Positions 37,608-51,825 of a DNA stretch of 64,000 nt are shown in pieces. The DNA is taken from assembly GCF_006345805.1 (NCBI RefSeq), contig NC_043019.1:8183360-8247359 (forward strand), read 5' to 3'. Made by a program: the position numbers and the translations under genes. The number at the start of each line of letters is the position of its first letter. The stretch's first letter is position 1. The DNA is from Octopus sinensis. Lineage: Eukaryota. Under the pieces are notes generated by a model. That model was not told the DNA's origin, ran no database searches, and saw only the letters and a list, made by a program, of their open reading frames with translations.

Positions 37608-39579
37608 GCATGTGTGTGCGTGCGTTTGTATGTGTGTGTGAACGTGTGTATCTCTATTCTATTGATAAATGTATTTAATCTAGGCTGTTGTCTCTTGTAT
37701 ATCATTTTATGAGGCCCCTGTTTTTATTTCTGTTACATCAGCCACAGAGGAATCCTCTTATTACTCCTACGGCAACCTAACACCATCGCGTAATACGCCA
37801 ATAAAGAACCAAGTCACGCGCTGACAAAATATAAGCTGTCCCATATTGCAACAGATCCCCAAACAAGAATTAATTTCTATTATAATCTGCAATAAAAATG
37901 CATGACGACTTACAAAGGTGAAAATTATATGCTATGTGCCTCCGTATCCACAAACATTTCAAAGAATTCTCTGTCGCTGCCACGAGCGCCTTTCTCCACT
38001 CTTAATGATTCCTATAAAACATTTATTAGATATTCATTGATAATGCGAACGAGTTATATGTACCCTGCTATTATGGGCTCACAAATCTTGTTACACGATT
38101 AAAATATCTCAAACACACTGTAACCACATGAATGTAAACGCATAACGGCGATATTTATTTTAACAGAAATTTCCTATTAAATAACTAGCGTATAAACGTA
38201 AGCTATACCCGCTGCCTCAAATGTATGGACTGTTGAATAGAAACATATTTAAAACCTGAAACAGATAATACATCCATTCTTTCAAAGATAATTATAATAG
38301 GAACACCAAACTGAATGTGCTTTCAAAATAAGAGAGTAACTCAGAGACAGGGGGGGGGGCATCCGAACTCGCTATAAAATTGTGCAGCTTCATGAAAACA
38401 AAACGCCGACATAGCAATAAATGTGGTTTGACTCTGAAATATGTAGAACTGAAATATATAAACTATTAAGTCCACCTAAGAATACACTCTGCGATAATAT
38501 AGTCGTCCGTTAAAAGAAAATCGTGTCTTGTGAAATTCGCGCGAAAAAATGGAAATGTTCCTGCTTTTAAAGGGGTCTATTGTGAATTAGTTGGGTCTTT
38601 TTATCTGCAGCTATCTCAGGTGAGTTTGCTATTCTTTTGTCTGAAGTCCACAACATAATTCCGCGTCATGATTGTTAAATTGCTTTTCAACAAACTGGAA
38701 ATGAATTCCGATTTTTCACACTTTGTGTTTGAGGAAGCCGTCTTGGTGCAATCAAGAACTCCGGTTTCCTTCACAGAAACAAATTTCGTTGCCATAGTTT
38801 TTTCATAAGTGTATATCTGGTTTAGATACTGGCAGATATATATGACATTCTATGAACCATATTTAATGAATACGTCACGTGATTAATAAGCCTCAATCCT
38901 GAACGAGTATCTGCTAATAACATTTTTCTGCGGGTATGTTTTATAGAGCTTCAAGCTATTTTTGAACGTGTCCCAAGTTGTACATTCTAATCCCGTAATT
39001 TGTGAATTTGTAATGTAAGTTTTTTTTTTCTGGTTTCAGTGATCGTTCCATTTCTAAAATAAATGCCAAATCATTCGATACACTGAAAGAATTAATCTTG
39101 CCGAGGGAATGGTGAATGCAGTGCATCATCTTTGCAGTTAATTTACTCTGAAATATTACACCTTCTATCTCATCTATTGGAATTTGCATCACTCACTGTA
39201 AGTAGTTTCCTTAACCAGCTCCAGTTTACAACCGATGGCAACTCCATAGGGTGAGTGTAAATGCGTTCCTTGCATTGGCACCGTTTTTCACTCGTCATAT
39301 GTGGCATCGTTCTCTGATATACAAGAAATTCGATACCGCTCCTATATCCTTCATTTTCTATATCCTTCAGTTTATGCAATAAGATGCTATTACTGTTATG
39401 GGTGATCATCTTCCTTGGCAAAATAAAACAAAATTGTTAGAATCCTAGAATTTAGAAAAGCATGTAGTGAAGAGTGAATTTGTGTGTTCGTATCTGGAAG
39501 ATATTTGCTAGAAAATAGCAGGCGCCAAGAAGACGAAATCAAACGCAATAAGCGCCTCACAATAATCCATCCTACTATA

Positions 39580-39650
39580 GGCAACCCCAGTACTTAACCG
39601 GTATTTATTTTACCTACCCCGAAATGATTAAAGGCAAAGTGTACCTCGGT
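39580..39650 (-). mobile_element. OK-type SINE central fragment
   Basis: ccccagtact.aaccggtatttatttt...ccccgaaatgattaaaggcaaagt..acctcgg. Confidence 0.65.
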
Positions 39651-39689
39651 TGATGAAGTGTACCTGAGAACAGGAAACCAGAGAAAATA

Positions 39690-39923
39690 CCTATTTCTTT
39701 ACTACCCACAAGAGGCTGAACATAGAGGGGGCAGACAAAGACAGACAAACGGATTAAGTCGATTATATCGACCCCAGTGCGTAACTGGTACATAATTTAT
39801 CGACCCCGAAAGGATGAAAGTCAAAGTCGACCTTGGCGGAATTTGAACTCAGAACGTAACGGCAGACGAAATACGGTTACGCATTTCGCCCGGTGTGCTA
39901 ACGTTTCTGCCAGCTCGCCGCTT
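39690..39923 (-). mobile_element. Full-length OK-type SINE (tail A)
   Basis: Complete and near-consensus relative to the other copies in the window. Confidence 0.94.
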
Positions 39924-40995
39924 TATAAACGCTTTATAATAAGAAGAGGTAACAACCGACTAGCACTTCCTCGCCCCCAACTAACCCACCCTTATGATAA
40001 ATGTCCCCACCACTTTTATACCATCCACGGCCAGTGCAGCCACCTCAGATACCGACACCCTTTGTATCCATCAAGATAATGAGGTTCACTCACTGGCTAC
40101 AGATCGGATAATCAGATACGAATTAACACCGAACACGATGATGTGAACGTGTGAGCATGCCTCGGTACTTTTTCTGTATTGATCGCCATTTGGAAAGGAT
40201 CAGTCTGTATCACCATTTCAAAGAGAACTCCGAACAGAAATACTGCAAAAAAATATTCTAGTTGAGATTAGAATCAAATTAAGGAACAACTTACCACATA
40301 CCACTTCCAAATGAATTTGTTGCAACACCAAAGTTACATAATGTAGATGTGTTCTGAGTGAAAACTGAGGAAAAACTTAATCATAAATGGATTTAAAAAA
40401 CGCGATGGCTCCTACTTTATATGGACTAAAATACACAGGAATAAAAATAATCGATGTAACTTGCTATTAATTTTATGCTACAATATGTTGAGCATGGATC
40501 ATTTGTTAGGGGCATTCATACCAAATTTGCGCGGGGTATATTCCTTAGAAAATATAGGGGCGATAATACCAGAAAATAATGGCAGAATAAGAGCGTAGTA
40601 TAAGTAGTATACCCTCGTTCGAGCGATAACAATTTATTCTCATTGCATGTGAGTATGTGTGTTTGTTTGGGTGTGTATGTTTGTGTGTGCTTGTGTGTCT
40701 TCGTGTCTTTGTGTCTGTGTTAGTGAGTGAGCCCATGTGTGCGGATTACACATCACTGTGATATGATTGTTATACACACACAGACACTCGCGCGCAGATA
40801 TACGTACATATCTACAAACATCCACACATACATTTCGTATTTTGTTAATTATTGTATAATTTTGGATATCTTACTAATATAACGCCCTTGCTGGTAAAAA
40901 CCACGAATGCCATCGGGGGGTTAGAAGCTTAGATAAGAATATGTGGGTGCGCACACATATACACACACCCGTACACACTTACATATATATATACA

Positions 40996-41041
<46 letters not shown>

Positions 41042-41096
41042 CATATATATATATATATATATATATATGTAAGTATGTATATATAAATATGTATAC

Positions 41097-41154
<58 letters not shown>

Positions 41155-41334
41155 TGTATATATATATATATATATATGTGTGTATATGTATGTACGTATG
41201 TGTGTATGTATGCATAGGTTTGTATGCATGTTTGCTTCAATAAATCCAGTCATACGCATCTATATATAAATACGTGAAAACACTTGTGGCTATAAATTAT
41301 TAGCATAGTAATTATTTAACTTATTAACAATCAT

Positions 41335-41371
41335 AATAATGATAATAATAATAATAATAATAACAATGATG

Positions 41372-41453
<82 letters not shown>

Positions 41454-41500
41454 TAATAATAACAACAACAGCAGCAACATTAATAATAACAACAATAATA
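41335..41500. repeat. (AAT)n microsatellite
   Basis: Read directly. Confidence 0.95.
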
Positions 41501-41893
41501 ATAGTGCAATTTTCTAAATAAGTATAGAATGTTGATACAGCAATTTCTCTCGCATTCTCCTTACTTTTTGCTGGATTTTTTTCTCTTTGTTTTCGGTACT
41601 GCTTTTTATTATTTTTTTTATCTCCGCGATATTTTATTAAGTATTATATTTATAGCTGATGTCGTTGTTTGCTTTGTAATTCAGTTGCATTTTCTTAGCT
41701 TAGACAGAGATGTTCTTGTGGTGGCTGTTGTTGCTGTTGCTGTAAAGATCTTAGCACTAGCCCTTAAGGGGAAATATACAAAAGGGTTGGTGGGCGAACT
41801 GTGCAATTCGTAGCTGACGCGTAATTGCTTCTGATGCAGAAAGAGATAATTATCGGCGTGTGCATAAGTGTACACCAAAAGGATATGTATATG

Positions 41894-41973
<80 letters not shown>

Positions 41974-42165
41974 GTGCGTGTATACAACTATATAAATGTG
42001 TGTGTGCGTTTCCTTGCGAATATGTATGAATGTACGTATGTGTAACTGTTTACAGATATAACTCATGCGGTTCTAAATGCATATATACATGTGTATACAT
42101 ACACATATATATATATATGTATGTATGTATATATAAATATATGTATGTACATACAAATATATATG

Positions 42166-42204
<39 letters not shown>

Positions 42205-42262
42205 ATACAAATATATATGTGTATTTGAGGTAAATATATTTACATGCATATATATATATTAT

Positions 42263-42318
<56 letters not shown>

Positions 42319-42512
42319 GTGTGTGCTTGTGTGTGTGTGTGCGTATGCACATAGACCTATCTACTTATGTATTTTCATACTTTCATAAATATATATGTAC
42401 ATGTGCAAAGGTATTTTTAACGAATTGAAGTATAAATTTCAGTACACACAAACACTTATATGGAAAATATGTGTGTATGTAATAGCTATAGACAAATAGG
42501 CATATATATAAA

Positions 42513-42546
<34 letters not shown>

Positions 42547-42973
42547 TATTCATATATACATATATGTGTGCTTGTATGTGTGTGTATATATATATTTTTT
42601 TACATACATATTTAGTTATAAAAGCCATAAGTGAAATAGTCTGTGTGGGAGCTTGTGAGCGTATTACTGTGTGCGAATAGAGGCATAGAATATCTGGCTG
42701 TTTCTGAGTGTATACGCACATGCATACGAAATATATCAACGTTTGTGTTCGTATTTTTTGTCGGTCTTTTCTCACACAGATCCATGCAGATTAGTTGAAG
42801 TGTTGCTAATTCATTTGCAGAATAATTGTTATTGATACGAATTTTAAGACTTATAATAATGTAATTATCAAAATTACACGCAAATATACACCCACATACA
42901 TTCCTATATACCTACATACATATACCTATATACATATACGAGCACGTCTAAACATACACACACACAACACACA

Positions 42974-43004
<31 letters not shown>

Positions 43005-43020
43005 CACACACACACACCAC

Positions 43021-43069
<49 letters not shown>

Positions 43070-43181
43070 TATATATGTGTGTGTTTGTTTTCAGTTATAA
43101 TTAACAATCTATCTAGCTATGTGCGAGAATTCTATTATTACCTACATCGATATCTATGCACACACACACTCACAAACACAT

Positions 43182-43219
<38 letters not shown>

Positions 43220-43386
43220 TATATATATTATATATATATATATTATATTATATATATTATATATATATATAATATATATATATGTGTGTGTGTGTGTATG
43301 CATGTATGTATGTGTTTCCTTTTAAATTTCGTTAAATATATGTTTATTCTATATATTTAAACACACTCAAACATAAACATACACGA

Positions 43387-43441
<55 letters not shown>

Positions 43442-43699
43442 CACATATACATATATATATATATGTGTGTACATACATACGTACACAGACACACATACTA
43501 AGCCATCCATCCATCCATATATGCATACATACATACACGCATGCTGGTATACAGTTTTGTTTCATTAGTAAATCATTTCTACTGCAACGGGGGGGGGGGT
43601 GAATTGTATAGCCAGGAGGAAATACTATTTACTTTCTCCCAGTTTGTGAAACCACGTGATAGGAAAAAAGACAATTACATAAATACATATACACAAACA

Positions 43700-43765
<66 letters not shown>

Positions 43766-43791
43766 ATATATATATATATATTATATATATG

Positions 43792-43851
<60 letters not shown>

Positions 43852-44309
43852 TATGTATATATACATGCAAATACACACACACTCATACACATGACAAATT
43901 ACATATTTTTACCCTATCCAACGCACTCGTCCTCTCTCCTCACCTCCTCTCTGTTTTAACAGGTTTATATATGTGCTTCTTAAAGTGTGAGTCCCATTTT
44001 ATATGATATGGTTGAATGTGGTGCCAATGTTTATTTCGCGTTAGAGACCAGCCTTAAGTGCAAATACTAGAAAATTGCATGGAGATAATTTTCAAACCAT
44101 AAATTTAATCTTTCAGTGTTGTAATTAATCCTTGGGACATTTTACAGTAACACACACAAAGCTACACACAGGGAAACACACTACCATGTATTAATATACA
44201 CTCACACACATATACACACATATATTATTATATGTATTTGTATATACATATATATGCTTATGTATATATATAAATATTTATGTATGTATGTATACGAACG
44301 CGCACACTC

Positions 44310-44378
<69 letters not shown>

Positions 44379-44710
44379 TGGGTATGTGTGTATATATATG
44401 TATATATATGAACGCATATATATATATGTATTTGTGTTATTGTTGTGTAATAAAGAAGTTGGTGTCTGGTGTTCAAATCCTACGTTGCAGAATTACTCTC
44501 CCTATATTTAAACTTTTTTTTACGATTCATATTTTTCTCTGGGACTACTTTAAGTAATTCAAAGGAAGCTAAATGGCATGAAGGAGTTCCTCATGAAGGA
44601 TTTGTGAACCTTTTCCATCAATTTTACAGAAGTAAAAGCATATAGCTGGTAAAAATGAATAGGACCTGTTATTCACAGAACCAGCATTGTCAAATTGTGT
44701 GCGTGCTATC

Positions 44711-44825
44711 TTAAGTGTGTTCGTGTCTGAGGAATACTCAACCATTGGCATATTTATTTCGTGAGCAGGCTTTTCTGTTGATTAAAGGTGCTAGGATCCT
44801 CGTCGTCGTAACCGACTGAGTACCA
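44711..44825 (+). mobile_element. 3' module fragment of the 61351-type SINE
   Basis: gtgtctgaggaatactca.cca...atttcgtgagcaggc...ccctcgtcgtcgtaaccgac-like end. Confidence 0.7.
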
Positions 44826-45349
44826 CTATCCAGATCGTTCTCACTAAACAAGAGCAATAATCATAGCTGAATGAAGAGAATTAGATGGTGTGAAACCGCC
44901 GGTCAACATACGACTTGGACCCTTATACAAGCTGCAACGTAAAAAGTAGTGTTCTGGCCACTGACAAGCCGCAGCTTATGGTTCCGCCGCATAACAGGGC
45001 GATGAGCATCGTGAACCTAGTTGTTAGATGACGGAGGACATATCAAATGGACATAACGTTAGTTGTATCACTCAAGGAGTGAACTATCGAAGTTTTCACT
45101 GATAAGTAGCAGAGGGCAGCAGTAGATTGTGTTGGGGTCCTTTTCATTTGGGCATTCGGAGCACGATCCTCCGGTGTAAAGTTACATTTTTCGTACTTAG
45201 TATCAGTAGTTCCATTCCCCGCCAATGCTTTCTACCATCCACGTAACATTTCACTTCTTGATGCATACCACAATACTCATTCGATCCTATCTTCTTGAAA
45301 TCAACAACCCTAAGCCTTTAGCATTCAGATTACTGTGTAAACTATAACG

Positions 45350-46000
45350 CATGTTCAAAATGAGATAGAATATCTGCGCCGGATATGGCCGGATATTTTC
45401 AGTGTCTCAAATATTATTGGTGGGGAAAATACCACGAATTGAGTTTCTCTACAAGTTGCTTCAAGATCTGATGGTTTATTACACGTAACACACTGTCGGA
45501 AGTAGCCTCGGTTTCTCGCCACCCTGTATCGGATGGCACTAATAAACATACCTTTGAGCAGCACATTTCTATATTTACCAAATTTGCTATTTATTGCAGC
45601 GCAGCTTTAGTTCTGTGTATCATTTTCTTCACGTTGCGTATCGCACTGCACATTTCTATTCATACAGTTTTCGGCCTGCCTTCCAGAAGATTTATATAAA
45701 CCTCTTGCTTTTGCTGATCACGCACAAATAATGAATAATTGTTTGGAGGAATTTTCATTTTCTGCATCTGACACGAGTGAGCATGTCAGGTCTTTGCAAT
45801 TCTTCTTCTCTTGCAAACATTTGCCTTTCTCTAAAAGCAGCTGCGTGCATTTGCCAACCAATCTCCCCGTATTAATCTTGACGGGGGCGGTAGTGGCTAC
45901 GTTGTTGCTTTTGGTGGGAATGCCGTTGACATTGCTTCGGGCTGGACGGAATGCTTTCTCTGCTATTCTATCTGCACGCATTTTACCGCTACAGGTTGTT
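45350..46000 (-). pseudogene. Degraded gag-like/ORF1 relic of a retroelement (L1/Tx1-like?) with decayed zinc knuckle
   Basis: CVTCNKPSDLEATC has exact CX2CX4(H>D)X4C spacing. Upstream VNGIP and LLEGRP peptides resemble ORF1 segments. Multiple stops. Confidence 0.35.
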
Positions 46001-46624
46001 GTTGTTATTGTTGTTGTCGTTGATGGATATTGCAATGGCTGCTTGACACGTTGTGGCTTTTGCTGTCATGGTTTGGCGTGACAACGCAAAATGCATCATT
46101 TTTTCTTCCTTTTTTGATGATTATATTTTCCTAGGTTTTAAACCATGGCGTGGAATCTCTCCTTTCTAAAAATGGAAATGGGATCATTCCACTATCTTTT
46201 CATCCATGTTCTTTACTTGCCCTTGTTCCTTCCCCTTTTTGCCATTTCTTTACATTATCTTCTCTTCTTCTTCCTTTAGATATTTGATAATATTTTATAA
46301 ATATTTCTAAAAGCGTAGTTTTAAATTTTGCGTGTTGCTTCCTGAGACAATATCGTATGATACTCATTATAAATATTATTCACTCCTTACATTTGCACAC
46401 TTAATATATTATCAACACCTATATATTATTAATTACACGTTGCACAATCTTCATATCTACACTCACCAGACGTAAGCATCTCATTCTATTACGTTGCAAT
46501 AAACCCATTTCAAATAAAAAAACATTATTCAATCAACTTCGGTTGGATTTGAACTATGAACCATACGATTGAAGATACTTTCATCGACTGCTTTAATAAT
46601 TAAATTAATATTATTATTTATTTT

Positions 46625-46826
46625 GAAGGTGATGAAAACGCAGAAACAAAATACTCAGCGGTATTTCGTGTGTTCTTACGTTCTGAGTTCAATTTCCGCC
46701 GAGGTCGACTTTACCTTTTATCCTTTCGGGGTCGATAAATTAAATACCTGTTGCGTACTAGGGTCGATCTAATCGACTTGCCCCCTACCCCAAAATTTCG
46801 GGCCTTGTGCCTAGAATAGAAAAGAA
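46625..46826 (+). mobile_element. OK-type SINE (tail B), head degraded
   Basis: ctgagttcaatttccgccgaggtcgac...cctttcggggtcgataaatt...ccccaaaatttcgggccttgtgcctagaatagaaaaga. Confidence 0.88.
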
Positions 46827-46834
46827 TCGATTAC

Positions 46835-47018
46835 ACGCTGGATGAGATGCTTAGCTGTATTTTGTTCGTCGCTAGGTTCTGAGTTCAAATACTGCCGAGG
46901 TCGACCTTGCCTTTCATTCTTTAGGGCTCGATTAATTAAGTATCAGTTAGGCACAGTAGTCAATGTAATCGAATTTATCCCTTTTACCAAGCTGCCCTTG
47001 TGGCAAAAATTTGAAATG
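46835..47018 (+). mobile_element. OK-type SINE (tail C), 5'-truncated
   Basis: gatgcttagctgtatt...ctgagttcaaatactgccgaggtcgacc...ccttgtggcaaaaatttgaaa. Confidence 0.82.
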
Positions 47019-47035
47019 AATATTATTAATTATTG

Positions 47036-47238
47036 CAAGGCGGCGAGCTAGCGGAAATGTTAGCACGCTGGACAGCATTTCGTTCGACTTTAGATTCTGA
47101 GTTCAAATTCCGCTGAGGTCGAATTTGCCGTTCATAATTTCGGGGTCGAAAAATCAAGTACCGTGTGAGCACTAGCGACGATAAAATCGAGTTGCTCCTT
47201 CCTCCGAAATTGCTGGCCTTGTGCTAAAATTTAAAACC
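47036..47238 (+). mobile_element. OK-type SINE (tail C) with 17-bp TSD
   Basis: aaggcggcgagctag head; direct repeat aatattattaattattg at 47019-47035 and 47239-47255. Confidence 0.88.
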
Positions 47239-48764
47239 AATATTATTAATTATTGTAATTCAGATGAAAAATTACGTAAAAAAAAAACAAAATAAAACGG
47301 AGACAGAAAAATATTTCCAGAGGAGTGATAAACACTCCTGGATTTGTCTATTTCTGTCTCTTTTCAACTTTTCAAAGTTAACGCAAAATAATCGATATAC
47401 ATATATGTGGGTGTGGGTGTGTGCATAGACGTCTGCATCTATCTTTAAATATCTATACGCACATATATACTTCAGTATGTCTGTGCTCGGCATATATATA
47501 TATATATATATACGTTTGTGTTGTTATCGTTCAAAGTAAATATGCTTTATGAAAAATATTCTCGAAGTTTACTAAATATGGTTTCATCTCTGTATTTTGA
47601 GACGACATGCTATTCGAAGTATTGGAATTTAAAAGATAAATCGAACTATTAAAGTCGGATTTTACTTTCGGTTCTATTTATGTTGCTATCCGATTTAATA
47701 TTCAATCGGGCGAGTATTACAAATTAATCTGCTTACCTTTCTCTTTCTGCGTGTATGTGAGTGTGTATGTGTGTCCGTGTCTTTGTGAGTGCGGGTTCGT
47801 GTGATTGTGAATGTGTATGAGTCTATATTCACTTTCTTGTATGTGTTTTGTAGCTGATGTTTAAGTATGTATTTGTTTAACCTCGTATACCTGGAGAAAC
47901 ATGCATATCTACGTTTCCGCTTACATACATTCATATGAGTACGTATATATATATATAAATGTGCCAGTGTATGTGTTTGTGTATATACACGTGTATGTGT
48001 GCATGTGTGGCTGTATAAATATTATAGCACACACACACTCGTATATACATGCATATGCGCATAAATATACACATAGAGAAATGTATGCTTTAATGCAAAC
48101 GCACAGAGGCACGATCGCACTATCAAATAAACAAGAAAGATTCTATTTAGTGAGATTAGCTTTGCTATCAGAGCTCAAAATCTCCCTCTAAGCTTGTTGT
48201 AACTCTAAGCACAGCTTACATGAGATGTAATGTAAATAATATCAGATAATCCAAAATTTGGAAAATATGTACAATTACAGGTAAAAGTAGGCATTAGAAA
48301 GTAATAGTTCGGTTTCGGCATTGTTAGGCCTCCTCAGACGCTTCTACCTAGAGTTTACAAGTATATATGTGCACAGTTTTGATAATTCTTTTCGCATATC
48401 ACCTTAAGGGCAATTAAAACTAGTTTTACCTTGATGTTCCAGTAACTAAGCATACAAAAACAGCAGTTATACCTGCGAAATATGCTGAAGAAATTAAATT
48501 AGCTGTTATTACCATTGCAAAGTCATGTCTTCAACAGCGATTGATTTGAAAACAAATATCACTGAGTTACGAAAATAACTGCAGAAATATCAACGAATAT
48601 ACTTTATTGCCTTTTTTTGAAATTTAAACGCATACCAACATTCGAATATCGAATAATGCACAAGTTAGAGTAAGACGCAAATATTTCAAGTGTACACATA
48701 CACACAGACTTATACAGTAGTATCTCGGTTTTCAAACAATTCTGATCGTGCTTTAAATCGTGCT

Positions 48765-48769
<5 letters not shown>

Positions 48770-48804
<35 letters not shown>

Positions 48805-48835
48805 TTATATATAACTACACACACACATAATATAA

Positions 48836-48867
<32 letters not shown>

Positions 48868-48963
48868 ATATATATATATCATATATATATATATATATTA
48901 TATATATATATATACACACATTATATATATATATTATATATATATATATATATACACACACAC

Positions 48964-49002
<39 letters not shown>

Positions 49003-49027
49003 CACATATATATATATATATACTAAT

Positions 49028-49078
<51 letters not shown>

Positions 49079-49120
49079 ATATATATAATTATATATATAT
49101 ATATATATATATATGCATAT
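48770..49120. repeat. (TA)n-rich microsatellite
   Basis: Read directly. Confidence 0.95.
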
Positions 49121-49629
49121 ATATAAACTATTTTATTCATTTACAATAATGAGCCTGAAAGAAACAATAAACCAGTCGGTAAGGGATGTCACCTCAACCG
49201 ACATCACACACGGAGTGAAAATATTCAAAATATATTGCAATGTGGCCAACAAGTGGATGATAAAAGGATTTCGACTACATTCCCAAATAGGCTTCCGGTC
49301 ACGAAGCATGATTACTTGCGTAGAAAATATGTCTAAATAGTGTTATTCCATATCAAATAAACCCCAAGCATTATGCAACGTTATTCCATAATTTTATACC
49401 CCAAAATTCATCTAAATCGATGTCATTGAACTAAAAATTTCACTTTGAAACAAACTTTTGCAGGTAAGCTAAAAATGTTGTCTTATATCACAATTGTCTT
49501 GTATTGTCGTTCCTGTATACGATTCCTTTCTTATCCCCTCCTTAGCTTCTCTGATTCATTATCGGCTAATTATCAAAATTCGTTATCTGAATCTAATTAA
49601 ATATTCTCAGCCTTAACACGTACATTCCC

Positions 49630-49830
49630 CATGTCATAGTTCTAGCAATTTTATCTAAACCCATATTCATATTATTTGTTTATTCTAAATAATCTCTTTG
49701 GACAACAATTCCAGCTTTTGGCCCACACTTTCTCCATAGCATCTGTCTTCATCAGAGATTTTTTAAATGGATTCAGATCTGGGCAGAAGTCTAGAATTCT
49801 TAATGTGTTTCGCCTGAAGTCTCCCTTTAT
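49630..49830 (-). pseudogene. Possible Tc1/mariner transposase C-terminal relic
   Basis: Minus strand ccagatctgaatcccatttaaaaaatctctg resembles PDLNPIENLW, decayed by a stop and frameshift. Confidence 0.33.
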
Positions 49831-50566
49831 TGATATCGTGGTTCCATAGTTTTCTCTCCGTCCAGAACTTATATACGTGGTACTATTTCCATATAACACA
49901 TTAGATGTAGTTATAACAATTCGTTTTGAGAAACTTCCTACTACTATGAAATCAAACTATTCGTACTAAAAGGAAACTATAGAAGTCTACAGTATATATA
50001 TATATAATAATATATATATATATATATGTATGTACACAAAATTCGATAGAAACAAAATTTTTATAAATGTACAGACAGTAACAATAACAAACTTAATTTG
50101 ATAAACATTATTAAAGAAAGAAGCGGTAATTAACGATTTGTTTGTAATAGTCTAATATAATTAGTGAGAAATGTAATTGATCTGAAATTGCCATTTCTCA
50201 CCTTTTGAGTTTGGCGAATGTAATCGACCGGAAGTTCATGGTGTGGGCGACACAATACTGCTTGATTCGAGATAATATAACGATGCTGTTAATGTAATTT
50301 AAAGTGATGTATTAATTCTAAATATAATATTATGGTTCAAATTCCTTCTCTCATTTATTTCATTTGAAATATGTATGGGAACATAATTACGTGATATACT
50401 TTGGACTTGCAAAACACACAGAACTATGTACACTCGCCGCATCTCTTATATATGTATTTATGTTTATTTGTTTGTACATATAAAATTATCTATTTATCTG
50501 TGTGTGTGTCTCACTTTATATATGTACATATATATTTAAATATGTGTGTGTGTATATTATATATAT

Positions 50567-50597
<31 letters not shown>

Positions 50598-51477
50598 TGT
50601 GTGTGTGTATATGTATATATATATGGTGGTGTGTTTATTATATATATGTATTTCGTTTTAGGATTTGGTTTGCAAGATTCGTTATGTGAGTTCGTGTGTT
50701 GAAGGATATTTTGTTGTGTGTGGGGAGGGTCATTCTGTTTTAATGTCTTACAGTTCAACACACGCACCGGTTCAGTTTCCACTCATTTACACATTCACTT
50801 ATTTATTTTCTCTACAATTTTCGTCGCGTCTTGCAAACTTTTCAATAGTCGTTCACTTCGAACGCTATGCAAGGTGCGTTTATTCTTGTTTGTTTGTGCG
50901 CATCTACAAGGGTCAATATGCTTGTGCATACACATATGTATGTATGTAAGGGTGTATGCATGTGTGCATGTGTGTATGTATTCATGTATGAATGCATGTA
51001 TATATATATTTGTACGTATGTATGTGTTTACGCTTGTATGTGTGTATCCTGCATATGCATGTGTTTGTGTATTAGCAGGTGTGTTTACGTGTGTATGTGT
51101 TTGCATGTGTGTATGTACTCATGTCTCCCTGCATGTGCTTGTCTGATTGTGTCTGTATGGGCTTTTGTGACTATGTACTGTGTTTGTAGTATAGAGGTGT
51201 GTCTGCACGTGTGTCGTTGTGTGAAGTGAAGTGTGTGTGTATCTGATCACGTGTTCCAGGCTTCATTTGCGAATGTATGTGTTCTTGTCAGTTCATATTA
51301 CCCATGTACGTGTCTGTATGTCTATCTGTTTACATCCATATCCATTTACCTACATACATATGAATATGTATATACATATATGTATACGAATATACTTATA
51401 CATATATACACATATACACACATACATCTACATAAGCTCACTAAATCTTCTACCTGTATATACATATATATATATAT

Positions 51478-51515
<38 letters not shown>

Positions 51516-51560
51516 AACACACATATATATATATATATAAACATATATACATACACACAC

Positions 51561-51595
<35 letters not shown>

Positions 51596-51629
51596 TATTA
51601 TATAACATATATGTATATATATATAATCA

Positions 51630-51825
51630 TTATTGCCCACAAAGGGCTAAACATAGAGGGGACAAACAAGGACAGACAAAGGGATTAAGTTGATTACATC
51701 GACCCCAGTGCGAAACTGGTACTTAATTTATCGACCCCGAAAGGATGAAAGGCAAAGTCGACCTCGGCGGAATTTGAACTCAGAACGTAAGGGCAGACGA
51801 AATACGGCTATGCATCTCGCTCGGC
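51630..51825 (-). mobile_element. OK-type SINE (tail A), head truncated
   Basis: Near-consensus body; it ends at catctcgctcggc. Confidence 0.92.

Noticed and set aside
38640-39584. Minus-strand ORFs resembling either a LINE RT (FAKEDD...LLHKL; HQDGF) or a DDE transposase
   Set aside because: The two interpretations conflict and the motif order is inconsistent. It is probably a TE relic but cannot be assigned.
40295-40353. 59-nt minus-strand segment with good acceptor and donor
   Set aside because: No recognisable product and no linking evidence; expected by chance in 64 kb.
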